Below are positions 1 to 9,579 of a stretch of DNA of 32,000 bases, piece by piece (within the stretch, counting starts at the first letter, position 1; each line of letters opens with the position of its first letter). Source of the stretch: Candidatus Helarchaeota ASGARD archaeon Hel_GB_B (GTDB lineage: Archaea > Asgardarchaeota > Lokiarchaeia > Helarchaeales > HEL-GB-B); assembly GCA_005191425.1 (NCBI GenBank), contig SUPR01000034.1, positions 1,471-33,470 of the forward strand. Reading direction: 5' to 3'. The notes under the pieces are model-generated. The model saw only the letters and a list, made by a program, of their open reading frames with translations, had not been told where the DNA came from and did no database searches. The translations under genes were made by a program, and so were the position numbers.

Positions 1-220
1 TTGCATCAATAATATCATAAACATAAAGGACTTTAATTTGTGGATATTCCTTTTTTAATTTATCTGCAAACTTATTAGGATTTTTACATGTAATAATAGC
101 GCTTACTTTTTCGACTTGCCCTTTTTCTATATCTCTAACTTCAACCCTAGCTTCTTTCTCAGCCATTTTTTGTAATTTTTCTACAAACTTTTTATTTCTG
201 AATGCATTCAAATTTGCCAT
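1..220 (-). CDS. 5' part of a CDS running off the left edge; possibly an I9-type (subtilase-like) propeptide
   Basis: Not in the ORF track. Read manually from ATG 220-218, it is open to the edge: MANLNAFRNKKFVEKLQKMAEKEARVEVRDIEKGQVEKVSAIITCKNPNKFADKLKKEYPQIKVLYVYDIIDA. The strand-helix-strand pattern (SAIITC...KVLYVYDII) recalls I9 prodomains. The product call is weak. Confidence 0.55.
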   Translation of the reverse strand, partial: MANLNAFRNKKFVEKLQKMAEKEARVEVRDIEKGQVEKVSAIITCKNPNKFADKLKKEYPQIKVLYVYDIIDA

Positions 221-724
221 ATAAACCACAAATATTAAATCTATCTAAACTACTTGACCATTAAATTACTTTAAGTATATATTCAGAATTTTTATAAACT
301 TTAGGTATTTGACAAATTAAGTTTTTTTTCTAAATTTTAAATATTTTGATTTTTCAATTTATTCCTTGTACCTTTTTTAATTAATAGAGAACAAAATATC
401 TGCTTTAAGTTTAATTTTTTATTTTTTACTTCAAAATTGAGAATAAAATACTTTACATTATTATTATAATATTTTTCTTTAAAATTCTCACATATTTTTT
501 TCTTAGAATCAAAGACATGAAATATAATTAATTTTTTATATAAATGAAAATAAAGACATGTCCGAAGATATTAAATTTGTAATTTGATGATTTGATGATT
601 TCTTATTTTATACTTTAAAATGATTTTTGGTTATTAGTAATAAATTACAAAAAAAATATAACAAAAAACGACTATTTTTTAATTTGAACATTAATTTTAA
701 AATTTTAATTGAGGAAGAAGGAAT

Positions 725-1249
725 ATGGACTTCGAAAAGGTTGTTAAAAATAGATTTTCTATTCGCTCATTTAAGGAAGATAAGGTTTCAGACCAAATTA
801 TCATAGGACTATTAAATTTAGCTATACGTGCACCATCAGCTGGAAATATACAATCTTGGGAATTTATCATTATAAAAAATAGAGAAACTATAGAGAAACT
901 TGCAAAAGCCGCTTTAAATCAAATGTTTATTACTCAATGTAGTCATCTTATTGTAGCTTGCGCGAATCAAGAGTTATCATCAAAAATTTATGGAAAAAGA
1001 GGATGGGATTTATATTCAATTCAAGATGTATCTGCTGCAATTATGATACTTTTATTAGGAATTACAAATGCAGAATTGGGAGCGTGTTGGGTGGGTGCTT
1101 TTAATGAAAATGAGGTGAGAAAAATTTTAAAAATTCCAGATGGCATTAAACCGGTTGCTTTAATTCCAATAGGAATCCCAACAGGAATTGAAAAAAGTGG
1201 ACCAACAAGAAAAAAACTCGAGATGAAATTACACTTTGAAACTTATTAA
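725..1249 (+). CDS. Nitroreductase family protein
   Basis: N-terminal RFSIRSF, then APSAGNIQSWEF and LGACWVGAF, the typical FMN-binding nitroreductase motifs; GAGGAAG RBS-like sequence upstream. Confidence 0.93.
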   Translation: MDFEKVVKNRFSIRSFKEDKVSDQIIIGLLNLAIRAPSAGNIQSWEFIIIKNRETIEKLAKAALNQMFITQCSHLIVACANQELSSKIYGKRGWDLYSIQDVSAAIMILLLGITNAELGACWVGAFNENEVRKILKIPDGIKPVALIPIGIPTGIEKSGPTRKKLEMKLHFETY

Positions 1250-1253
1250 TTTA

Positions 1254-1988
1254 TTATATAGAATCATTATTAAAAGGTCTTTTAAGAAGGTTCATAAATT
1301 TACAAATATATAGCCCACATCTTGAAATTATACTATTTTTTTTACCAAATGGAATAGTCCTTCCTTTTTTAATTTCTTCAATTATTTGGTCTAATGAAAT
1401 TGAGTCTAACTCAAAACCAGTAACTCCATTTCCAATGTCAAATGCCCAGTGAGCATCGCTTGAACCAATACCAGGAATATTCAAAGTGGCGGCTAGTTTC
1501 CTTGCGCGTTCATTTTTATGATAGCCAATACTTGCGTTAAAAGTTTCAATTCCATCAAAATTTTTTTTACGAGGTATTTTTTTAATAAAATTACCATTTA
1601 CACTATTTCTTGTTATATGTAAATAGGGGTGCGCAGCAATAGCAATACCACCTGCTTCGCGGATTTTTTCAATAGTTTCTATAGCAGATAGATTTGGTTC
1701 TATGTCCTCAGTAATTCCAATTGCTACAATATCACCATCTGCGCTGGAAATTTCCGAACCAGGTATTACTTGAAATCCATTTCTATTTTCCATTTCTTTA
1801 AGAATTTTTATACCCATTAATCCCCCTTTAACATTGTCATGGTCAGTAATTGCAACACCATTTAACCCTTTTTTCATTGCAACACTTATAATTTTTTTAG
1901 GTGTTGCTAAAGCATCTTTTCCCCAAATAACGTGATGGGAATAACAACTATGTACATGTAAATCAATAAATTTAAGAGGCTTTTCCAT
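1254..1988 (-). CDS. PHP-domain metal-dependent phosphoesterase
   Basis: DLHVHS, ITDHD, GSEIS, AHPY and GSSDAH metal-ligand motifs of the PHP family. Confidence 0.92.
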   Translation of the reverse strand: MEKPLKFIDLHVHSCYSHHVIWGKDALATPKKIISVAMKKGLNGVAITDHDNVKGGLMGIKILKEMENRNGFQVIPGSEISSADGDIVAIGITEDIEPNLSAIETIEKIREAGGIAIAAHPYLHITRNSVNGNFIKKIPRKKNFDGIETFNASIGYHKNERARKLAATLNIPGIGSSDAHWAFDIGNGVTGFELDSISLDQIIEEIKKGRTIPFGKKNSIISRCGLYICKFMNLLKRPFNNDSI

Positions 1989-2201
1989 AATTTTTCAGCC
2001 ATTAATTTTGGTTTTGTTAAATTATAGTTTTTAGAAATATTGTTTTAATTATAAAAATCAAGTTAATTTTTAAGTGTTTCTCAATAAATACCTTTATAAT
2101 GTTAATTAAATAAAAAAAATTGAATAATTTGTAAAATTTTGTTATTATTTTTATTCAATTTTTTGTAATAAATTTTTGACAAAATTAAAGGTGAAAATTT
2201 A

Positions 2202-3218
2202 ATGAAAATATCAAATCTTAATGAGCAAATAATTCTCAAAATTTTTAGGAAAAATTTTATTACAATGCCAAATATTTTTTTGGGAGTAAATAAGAACTTA
2301 GGAGAATTTAATGACGCAGGAGTTATAGAATTAGATAATGGAGCGTTATTAGTTGTTACTACAGATATGATTGGGTTAAAAACGCATATACCGGATATTG
2401 CTACACCGGAACAAGTAGGAAAAAAGGCAATTACTGTGAATGTCAGTGATTTAGCAGCAATGGGAGCAAGACCAATTGGTATGGTAATATCGGTCGGAAT
2501 ACCTCAAGATATAAATGTAGAATTTTTAGAAAAAGTTGCAATGGGAATGAATAAAAGTGCAGAAGAATACGGGACATGTATTTTTGGAGGAGATATTAAC
2601 AAAACAGATGACTTAATAATAGCAGGGACAGCACTTGGACTAACTACTAAAAATAAATTAATTACAAGAAATAATGCAAAAATTGGAGATATAGTCTGTG
2701 TGACGGGGACTTTGGGAGATTCTGCAGCCGGGTATTTCGCATGGAAAAATAATCTTAAATTGCCAAAAAATATTCAAGATGTACTTTATCCGAAATTTTT
2801 AGAACCAATAGCTAGAATTAAAGAGTCTTTAATTTTAAAAGATCTGGGGATTGTTTCATCTTGTGGAGATATTAGTGATGGACTTGGATGGGAATTGTAT
2901 AAGACAAGTCGAGCAAGTAAGGTAAGTTTTGTTATTTATGAGGAATCTCTTCCAATTCAAAATGAAGTATTTTATGTGGCAAATAAATTGAAACTTGACC
3001 CTTTAGACCTAATTTTATATTATGGAGAAGATTTCGAATTATTATTAACTATATATGGAGATAAATGGAAAGAAAGTATTAAAAAAGCCCATAAACTCGG
3101 AGTAAATTTAATTAAAATTGGCGAAGTTTCCAATTATAAAGAAAATAATATATTATTGCGGAAAGACAACACAGAGTACAAAATAAAAAATGTTGGTTAT
3201 GACCAATTCAAATCATAA
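2202..3218 (+). CDS. thiL: Thiamine-monophosphate kinase
   Basis: DAGVI, TTDM, NVSDLAAMGA, GGD, VTGTLGDS, DISDGL and GEDFELL motifs; AGGTGA RBS upstream. Confidence 0.93.
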   Translation: MKISNLNEQIILKIFRKNFITMPNIFLGVNKNLGEFNDAGVIELDNGALLVVTTDMIGLKTHIPDIATPEQVGKKAITVNVSDLAAMGARPIGMVISVGIPQDINVEFLEKVAMGMNKSAEEYGTCIFGGDINKTDDLIIAGTALGLTTKNKLITRNNAKIGDIVCVTGTLGDSAAGYFAWKNNLKLPKNIQDVLYPKFLEPIARIKESLILKDLGIVSSCGDISDGLGWELYKTSRASKVSFVIYEESLPIQNEVFYVANKLKLDPLDLILYYGEDFELLLTIYGDKWKESIKKAHKLGVNLIKIGEVSNYKENNILLRKDNTEYKIKNVGYDQFKS

Positions 3219-3399
3219 TAAATTTGTAATTAAAATTTTTCAAATTAAATTAGGAAACTTCCTTAAAGAAAATTAGAGGAGAATAATAAAAAAAAATTTT
3301 AAAAAAAATTTATTTAAATTATTTTTTGACATAATTTTTATTTTCTACAAACATATTTCAATTATTTTGAATAAAATATAAATTGTAAGAAAAAAGAAA

Positions 3400-3876
3400 A
3401 TGAAACAAATGAATATCAGAATACGAGAATATATTCCTATTGACGAGAAAAGCGTATATAAAATCAATAAAGAGACGTTAGAAGTAAGTTTTAAGTCATT
3501 ATACAATATTTTTCATAGGAATAATCCAGATTTATTTCTCGTTGCAGAAGATTTAATTTCAAATAAGATTGTCGGATTTATCCTTGTAACTATTACTAAA
3601 AAATTTGAACCAAGAGATTCAGGAATAATATATGCAATAGCGATCAGTCCAAACTACCAAAATAAAGGAATTGGAAGAAAATTAATTGAAAAATTGTCTG
3701 AAAATCTCGTAAGAAGGAATATTTTTACTCTTTATCTTCATGTTAAAGAGTCAAATTATAAAGCGATCCAATTTTATTCTAATTTGGGGTTTAAAAAACT
3801 TGAACTGGTTAAAAAGTTTTATTCCTGGGGTGAATCAGCCTTTAGAATGAAATTAAATATTCAAAAAAATAATTAA
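3400..3876 (+). CDS. GNAT N-acetyltransferase, RimI/Ard1-like
   Basis: IAISPNYQNKGIG acetyl-CoA loop, LHVKESNYKAIQFY and FYSWGESAFRM, matching the RimI/Ard1 pattern. Confidence 0.88.
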   Translation: MKQMNIRIREYIPIDEKSVYKINKETLEVSFKSLYNIFHRNNPDLFLVAEDLISNKIVGFILVTITKKFEPRDSGIIYAIAISPNYQNKGIGRKLIEKLSENLVRRNIFTLYLHVKESNYKAIQFYSNLGFKKLELVKKFYSWGESAFRMKLNIQKNN

Positions 3877-3889
3877 TATGGGGACTTAA

Positions 3890-4588
3890 TTGAATAAGAT
3901 TTTAAAAATTTATGATGGAATATATTTGATTGGAGGGCCAGGAATTTCTGGAGATGGAGATTGTTTGATATATCTTATTTCAAGCAATGATGAATTAATA
4001 TTAATCGATTCAGGGGTAGATGAAAATTCTGTTGATAATATCATAAAGAATATTAAAAAATTGAATCTTAATCCAAATAATCTTAAATATTTAATATTGA
4101 CACATTGCCATATCGACCATATAGGCGGCGCATCGGCATTACAAAGAAAATTTGATATAAAAGTTGTTGCACATGAGATAGAATCTCCAATTATTGAAGG
4201 TAGAAAAAACCCAGAAAGAACTGCAGCATTTTTTTATGGAGTCGAATATGAACCATGCAAGGTAGACATTAAGTTAAAAGGAGAATTAAATATGATCGAA
4301 TGGAAAGGAGATACCATTAAAATTTTATTTACGCCGGGTCATACTCCTGGTGGTATATCGCTATATATTGATATTAATGATAAACGAGTACTTTTTGGAC
4401 AAGATATTCACGGCCCGTTAATGAAAAGTTTTGGTTCCAACTTAAAAGATTATTTAAAATCAATGAATAAATTATTGAAATTAGAAGCGGACATTTTATG
4501 TGAAGGCCATTTTGGTGTTTTTGAACCAAGAGAAAAAGTGATAAAATACATTCAAGGGTATATTGAACAATATTCGCGTAAATTATAG
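3890..4588 (+). CDS. Metallo-beta-lactamase fold hydrolase
   Basis: LIDSG, THCHIDHIGG, TPGHTPG, GQD and CEGH motifs. Confidence 0.93.
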   Translation: MNKILKIYDGIYLIGGPGISGDGDCLIYLISSNDELILIDSGVDENSVDNIIKNIKKLNLNPNNLKYLILTHCHIDHIGGASALQRKFDIKVVAHEIESPIIEGRKNPERTAAFFYGVEYEPCKVDIKLKGELNMIEWKGDTIKILFTPGHTPGGISLYIDINDKRVLFGQDIHGPLMKSFGSNLKDYLKSMNKLLKLEADILCEGHFGVFEPREKVIKYIQGYIEQYSRKL

Positions 4589-4759
4589 GACTTTTTCTTC
4601 ATTTTTCTTAATTAATTTTATATTAGCGGGATCAATTTGGAGGTTGAGAGTTTTAATTATTTTCTTTTTAATACTATAAATTGTGTCATTATCATCAATT
4701 TCAATTTCGATGATCCCATTGTTTTCTGGTTTTCCGAAAATTTTAAACTTGTACTTCAT
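4583..4759 (-). CDS. Small ubiquitin-like (beta-grasp) protein, apparently C-terminally truncated, 58 aa
   Basis: EIEIDDNDTIYSIKKKIIKTLNLQIDPANIKLI parallels ubiquitin [31 protein letters not shown]. I prefer ATG 4759 (1 nt after the upstream stop) over the track start at 4774. No C-terminal GG. Confidence 0.6.
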   Translation of the reverse strand: MKYKFKIFGKPENNGIIEIEIDDNDTIYSIKKKIIKTLNLQIDPANIKLIKKNEEKVL

Positions 4760-4760
4760 T

Positions 4761-5867
4761 TTATGTCGCAACATACTCCAGATAGGCTTTTTGAAATTTA
4801 ATGTAAAAAGAAATTCCTAATGCAATGGATAAAATAGAACTAAAGACATAAATCAAAAAATCAGAAATACCACTTAAAATAAGATTAGTCAGCTCGACTT
4901 CACCCCCATGCATTGCGCCCATCATTAATGTAGAAATATACCAAGTTTCATATATCCATGAAACTCCAAAAATTATAAAAAATAAGCCAATGATAGTCTT
5001 TTTCCCTTTTGAGATATAACCACCAAAAGATTGAAGGGTATAAATTAAAGCTCCAAGGACTATTAAAAGGTCAAATATAGATATTGTGGGTATCCAGCCT
5101 CTAAAATAACTTACAGCATAGATAATTATCCTTATTGGAAGATAAAATTGATATCCAAAACAGATTAGAAAAAAACCTGAAATATATAAACTAACACTAA
5201 ACATTTTTTTAAAAAGAGAAATGGTAGTAGTTATAATCGCTGTAAGAAAAATACCTAAATTAATAAAAAATAAACTATCAACTGGATAAAATGGATAGAC
5301 AGTCATTACAAGAGGTTTTAATTCGGAAATGATTGGATAAGATAAGAAAAAAAGAATAGAAATAATAACACAAAATATTATGCTAAGAGATATTTTCCAT
5401 TTATAATTTGGGATACTTTCATTAATCCATTCAGATGTAAATTTACTAAAAAAGTTTATCCCAATAGCTTGAAAAACTAACCATGCATAAACACAAATAA
5501 TTACAATTATTGTAATATATATGGTAAAAACTCTATTAATTATTTCATTAAAAAAAATAAAGAAAATTAATGTGCCAAAAATCGTAAATAGAGGAGCAAT
5601 AATGCCCCGCCATTTTGATTCTAATAAAAAATCTCTTACTTTTTCGTGAGTAAAAGAAAGTAATGCCAAAACAAAAAACGAATGAGCAAAACTTAAACCA
5701 ATCATTACTGTAATAGACATAACTGCATGGGGCTTTATAACAAATAAATTAAATGAACTTATAGTTAAAACTAGTGTAATAATTATAAAAGATATTGAAT
5801 AATATCTATATTCTTTACCAAAAAGAAATTTTAAACCAGAAAAAAATTTCTCAATAATAGAAGACAT
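4761..5867 (-). CDS. Polytopic membrane protein of unknown function (about 10 TM helices)
   Basis: 368-aa ORF made of about 10 hydrophobic segments of roughly 20 aa with short polar loops; no family motif recognised. Confidence 0.8.
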   Translation of the reverse strand: MSSIIEKFFSGLKFLFGKEYRYYSISFIIITLVLTISSFNLFVIKPHAVMSITVMIGLSFAHSFFVLALLSFTHEKVRDFLLESKWRGIIAPLFTIFGTLIFFIFFNEIINRVFTIYITIIVIICVYAWLVFQAIGINFFSKFTSEWINESIPNYKWKISLSIIFCVIISILFFLSYPIISELKPLVMTVYPFYPVDSLFFINLGIFLTAIITTTISLFKKMFSVSLYISGFFLICFGYQFYLPIRIIIYAVSYFRGWIPTISIFDLLIVLGALIYTLQSFGGYISKGKKTIIGLFFIIFGVSWIYETWYISTLMMGAMHGGEVELTNLILSGISDFLIYVFSSILSIALGISFYIKFQKAYLEYVAT

Positions 5868-5928
5868 CTGAAATATTCCTATATTTGAATTTATTATAAT
5901 CTATCTTTACTTAAGCAATACTATTTAA

Positions 5929-6852
5929 TTAAAGCAACCCACTTTTTACTAGCAATTGAAATTCTTCCAAAGTGAGGCGTTTCCCTTCTTTTACTTTTTC
6001 TAATGCTTTTTTTACTCTAGTTTCTACAACTTCACTTATTTTATTAATGTCATTTCTTTTTTGAATTAATTTCTTTTTCAAAATTCTAATCCTAGGAATT
6101 AGCATGCTCAAATTTTCATGATTTTGATCAGCCAATTTTCTACAACTTAAAAATTTTTGGTGTGCTTTATCAGCTTCAGGTCGAATTTTAGTATCAATTT
6201 CATTATAAATATCGACCATTTTCTGATGATGGATTTGACTTTTTTGAGCAATATTTACAATTTCTCTCTGTTTTTTCTTCAATTCTTTTTGTATTTCTTT
6301 AATTTTATTTAATTGGTCTTCGAGTTGATTCAATAAAATTAATAGGTCTTTATTACCTTCTAATGTTTTTTCTAATCGGTCAATTTGACCAATAATTTCT
6401 TTTTCTTCATTTGTATTTATAACATTGGTTTGGTATTTCCACTCGAGACTTTTAATTTGTTTTCGTATTTTCATAATTTTTTTTAAGTCTTTACTAGATA
6501 TACTATCTAAATCCTTTTTTATTTGATTTGCATTTTTTTGATATTCGTCTAATTTTTCCTTTATTGCTTCTTTTTCTTTTTTTAGGTCTTTTACTTTTTT
6601 ATTGAATTTGTCCCTCAATTTTTTTTCAGCTTGAGCTTGATTTAGGAGTTCTCCCACTTTAGAGTTAAGATAATCTCTTTTTTTAGCCCATTCTCTCGCT
6701 TCAGCTTGAAATTTATCCCTTTTCTCTTCAAATATTCTGGCTTTTCTTTGCAATTCTACTAATTCGACAGTAATATCATAACAATCTTCTTTTATATATA
6801 TCACACTCGTATTTAAAAGACATCTATTATGTTTGAAGTCAAATTTATTCAA
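5929..6852 (-). CDS. Archaeal long coiled-coil protein (COG1340-like)
   Basis: Continuous heptad K/E/Q-rich sequence with LEWKYQT in the middle, ADKAHQKF, and the C-terminal GKRLTLEEFQLL typical of this family. The start codon is uncertain. Confidence 0.8.
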   Translation of the reverse strand: MNKFDFKHNRCLLNTSVIYIKEDCYDITVELVELQRKARIFEEKRDKFQAEAREWAKKRDYLNSKVGELLNQAQAEKKLRDKFNKKVKDLKKEKEAIKEKLDEYQKNANQIKKDLDSISSKDLKKIMKIRKQIKSLEWKYQTNVINTNEEKEIIGQIDRLEKTLEGNKDLLILLNQLEDQLNKIKEIQKELKKKQREIVNIAQKSQIHHQKMVDIYNEIDTKIRPEADKAHQKFLSCRKLADQNHENLSMLIPRIRILKKKLIQKRNDINKISEVVETRVKKALEKVKEGKRLTLEEFQLLVKSGLL

Positions 6853-7140
6853 AAATATAAAATTTTTTCTACATATTGATAATTTCTCAAGTTATTCAAT
6901 CTCAAAATGCCGTTTTAATTATTCTTTATTAAAATTCTAAAATTTATCATTATCTAGACTATTTAATAATTATTTTTAAATATTTTCAAACTATTATGAT
7001 ATAAACTATAATTAAGGCATTAATATTTTAGATTAACGACTCTCAAATCATTATAAATATTATCTTAATGTGATTAAGATATTATATACTTTTTTTAAAA
7101 ATATTAGTGAGATTCATAATTAAAAAAACGAGGAATCATT

Positions 7141-8463
7141 TTGCAAAATTTATTATATAATCGAAATGCTAAATTAGAAATTTCTCAGTCAAATGTTCAA
7201 TTAGATTTTAGACCATATAATAAATTTTTGCATAAATTTAATTTCACGAAAATTTCAGAAAATGTCCTAAATAATTATTTACAGAATCAATTTAAATTTT
7301 ATTCAGATTGTAATTATAACCTTAATACCTTGTTCAAAAGTTTCATACAATTATTTGCAAAATCATTAACAAAAAATAATAAGTTAGTAGTGGAACTGCC
7401 TGAAATTCAATGCACTTTAATAATTCTTGATTATTTTAAATTACTTGATATTAGAAGGATTATTAATAAGGACAAAATGAATTATTACAAATTGTTTCTT
7501 GGGTTAGATAGATTATTATTCATAGATAAAGTAAATAAAAGAAATATCCCGAGGGAAATAAAATTTTCTAAAGGTGCTTTATCACTATTAGACCTGATAG
7601 ATGAACAGATAAATTATGACCTAAATCAAAAAATGAAAAATAATAAAAAATCTATTAAAAAAAATTTGAAAAGTGAAATTATCAATTCAATAAAATTATT
7701 ATCTATTTTGTTGACAAACTATGAAAACTCAAACATAGTACTCGATAAAAATATTAAAAACGCTACCTTAATTTTACATGAACTATTATTCCAAATACCA
7801 CCTATTTATTATTACTCATTATTTGACCTATATCGAATAAGGTATACCGATAAATTTAAAAATATGGTAAAAATTAAGATCCCTGAGTTATTTAAGAGAG
7901 ACTTTATAAATTCAAATTTATATAAACTACAAAAAATGGTTTCTAAACAATATCCGAGTTATGAATTACAAAATATAGGGTTAAATAATAGACCTATTTC
8001 TACATTAATATTTCATTTATTTATATTAGTAAATGTTAATGTTCATAATAGAGAAAATAATTTAGAAAAAGGATTTAATGATATACTTAATATTGCAATC
8101 GACCTTTTTAACAACAAATCAGTCCCTTTACAATTTTTATCTAAGTCTAACAAAATTACAAAATATAATTTTCAGAACAAATTATCTGACTTTTTTAGAT
8201 ATGGCCTCAAAAAGTTCTTTTCTCCAGATGCTTTAAACTTAATTTTGTATCTCAAAAATTTTATTTATACAATTTTTGAAAAAAGTTTTGGGAGAAAAGA
8301 AATGTTATTTTCATATTTACATCTTCCTCAACAAATAATTTCTTTTATAGTATTATTATCATTAATGGTTAACTTTAATTATAATGGAAAAAAAGTGAAC
8401 ATTGAAGATGTATGTCAAGGAATTAGAATATATGCATTTCTCTTGTTGGACATAAATTTTTAA
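7141..8463 (+). CDS. Hypothetical protein; candidate highly degenerate MCM-like AAA+ core (pseudo-ATPase)
   Basis: Colinear relics of MCM motifs: IPREIKFSKG (cf. APRAVYTSGKG), LDK-x9-HELLFQ (cf. FDK-x9-HEAMEQ), LIFHLFIL (cf. SRFDLIFIL) and PQQIISFIVL...VNIEDVCQGIRI (cf. PRQLESLIRL...VTEEDVKEAIRL). GAGGA RBS before the TTG start. The confidence refers to the family call; the ORF itself is likely real. Confidence 0.5.
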   Translation: MQNLLYNRNAKLEISQSNVQLDFRPYNKFLHKFNFTKISENVLNNYLQNQFKFYSDCNYNLNTLFKSFIQLFAKSLTKNNKLVVELPEIQCTLIILDYFKLLDIRRIINKDKMNYYKLFLGLDRLLFIDKVNKRNIPREIKFSKGALSLLDLIDEQINYDLNQKMKNNKKSIKKNLKSEIINSIKLLSILLTNYENSNIVLDKNIKNATLILHELLFQIPPIYYYSLFDLYRIRYTDKFKNMVKIKIPELFKRDFINSNLYKLQKMVSKQYPSYELQNIGLNNRPISTLIFHLFILVNVNVHNRENNLEKGFNDILNIAIDLFNNKSVPLQFLSKSNKITKYNFQNKLSDFFRYGLKKFFSPDALNLILYLKNFIYTIFEKSFGRKEMLFSYLHLPQQIISFIVLLSLMVNFNYNGKKVNIEDVCQGIRIYAFLLLDINF

Positions 8464-8735
8464 TTAAATCATGATAAAATAAAAGAATCAAAAAAATGAT
8501 TTTTAAAAATTTAAAAGAGAAGATTACCCAGTTTTTATGAATTCCAAAAGAATTTAAGAGAAATTGAAATATTATCTGAAATTTTAAAATAACTTTTAAT
8601 GGCGTTCTACAATAAATTTTATATAATTTATTCTTTAGAGGAATTTCGCTGGTATTATATGGGAAATATTTATATTCAGTTAATATTTATAGTCATTTTG
8701 ATTATAAAAATAGAATTTATAAAAAGAAAACGAAA

Positions 8736-9566
8736 ATGATAATTTCAGTCGAGCTGCTTTTCGTAGGAAATGAATTATTGAACGGAAAAATTATAAATAC
8801 AAATGCACAATTTTTATGTGAGAAAATCACAAATATTGGAGCCCAAGTTAGACGCATTATAACCATACCAGATGATGTTGATATTATTTCAGATACTATA
8901 AAATACATTTTAAAAAGTAAACCTGGTTTCTTAATTATTTCAGGCGGTTTAGGACCTACCTTCGATGATATGACATTAAAAGGAGTAGTTAAAGCACTAG
9001 GAAAAGAATTTGAACTTAAATTAAATCAAGACGCCTTAGATATGATAGAAAAGCAATACAAACTTGCGGAAAAATTGAATATTTTAAAAAATAAGGGATT
9101 AAATGAACATAAGATCAAAATGGCAACTATTCCATCAAATAGTATTCCCCTGTATAATTCTGCTGGAATAGCTCCAGGAGTCCATATTAAATATTTTGAT
9201 AATATAGAAATATTTTGTTTACCAGGCGTTCCGAAAGAAATGAAATCAATATTTAATAGCTCGATAAAATCAATAATTATGAATAAAGTATCTCAAACTG
9301 GTCTAAAATTTTCAAAAACAGGTTTTATTGTACAAGACTGTGTTGAATCTGAAATCGCGCCATTTGTAAACCAGATAATGAGTGAAATTTCAAATGTTTG
9401 GATAAAAACTCAACCGCGATTAAAAAATGGAAAGCCTTGGGTTGAAGTATTTATTACATGTCTTGATAAACAAGAAATTTCAAAAGATAAAGTTTCGGAC
9501 GCTAAAAATAGACTAATTAAATTATTAGAATCTAATGATAAATCTATTAAATTAATAGATGAATAA
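8736..9566 (+). CDS. CinA-like / molybdopterin-binding-fold protein (archaeal competence/damage-inducible protein A family)
   Basis: VGNELLNGKIINTNA, SGGLGPTFDDMT, NSAGIAPG and LPGVPKEM motifs, with a short C-terminal domain containing ESEIAP. Confidence 0.9.
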   Translation: MIISVELLFVGNELLNGKIINTNAQFLCEKITNIGAQVRRIITIPDDVDIISDTIKYILKSKPGFLIISGGLGPTFDDMTLKGVVKALGKEFELKLNQDALDMIEKQYKLAEKLNILKNKGLNEHKIKMATIPSNSIPLYNSAGIAPGVHIKYFDNIEIFCLPGVPKEMKSIFNSSIKSIIMNKVSQTGLKFSKTGFIVQDCVESEIAPFVNQIMSEISNVWIKTQPRLKNGKPWVEVFITCLDKQEISKDKVSDAKNRLIKLLESNDKSIKLIDE

Positions 9567-9579
9567 TTAATATTATTAA

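Noticed and set aside
3253-3264. AGGAA-AC-TTCCT mini-palindrome, and the AAAGACATG direct repeat near 511-561
   Set aside because: Too short to be significant without comparative data.
8717-8908. 63-aa minus-strand ORF
   Set aside because: Antisense shadow of the well-supported CinA-like gene; no motif.
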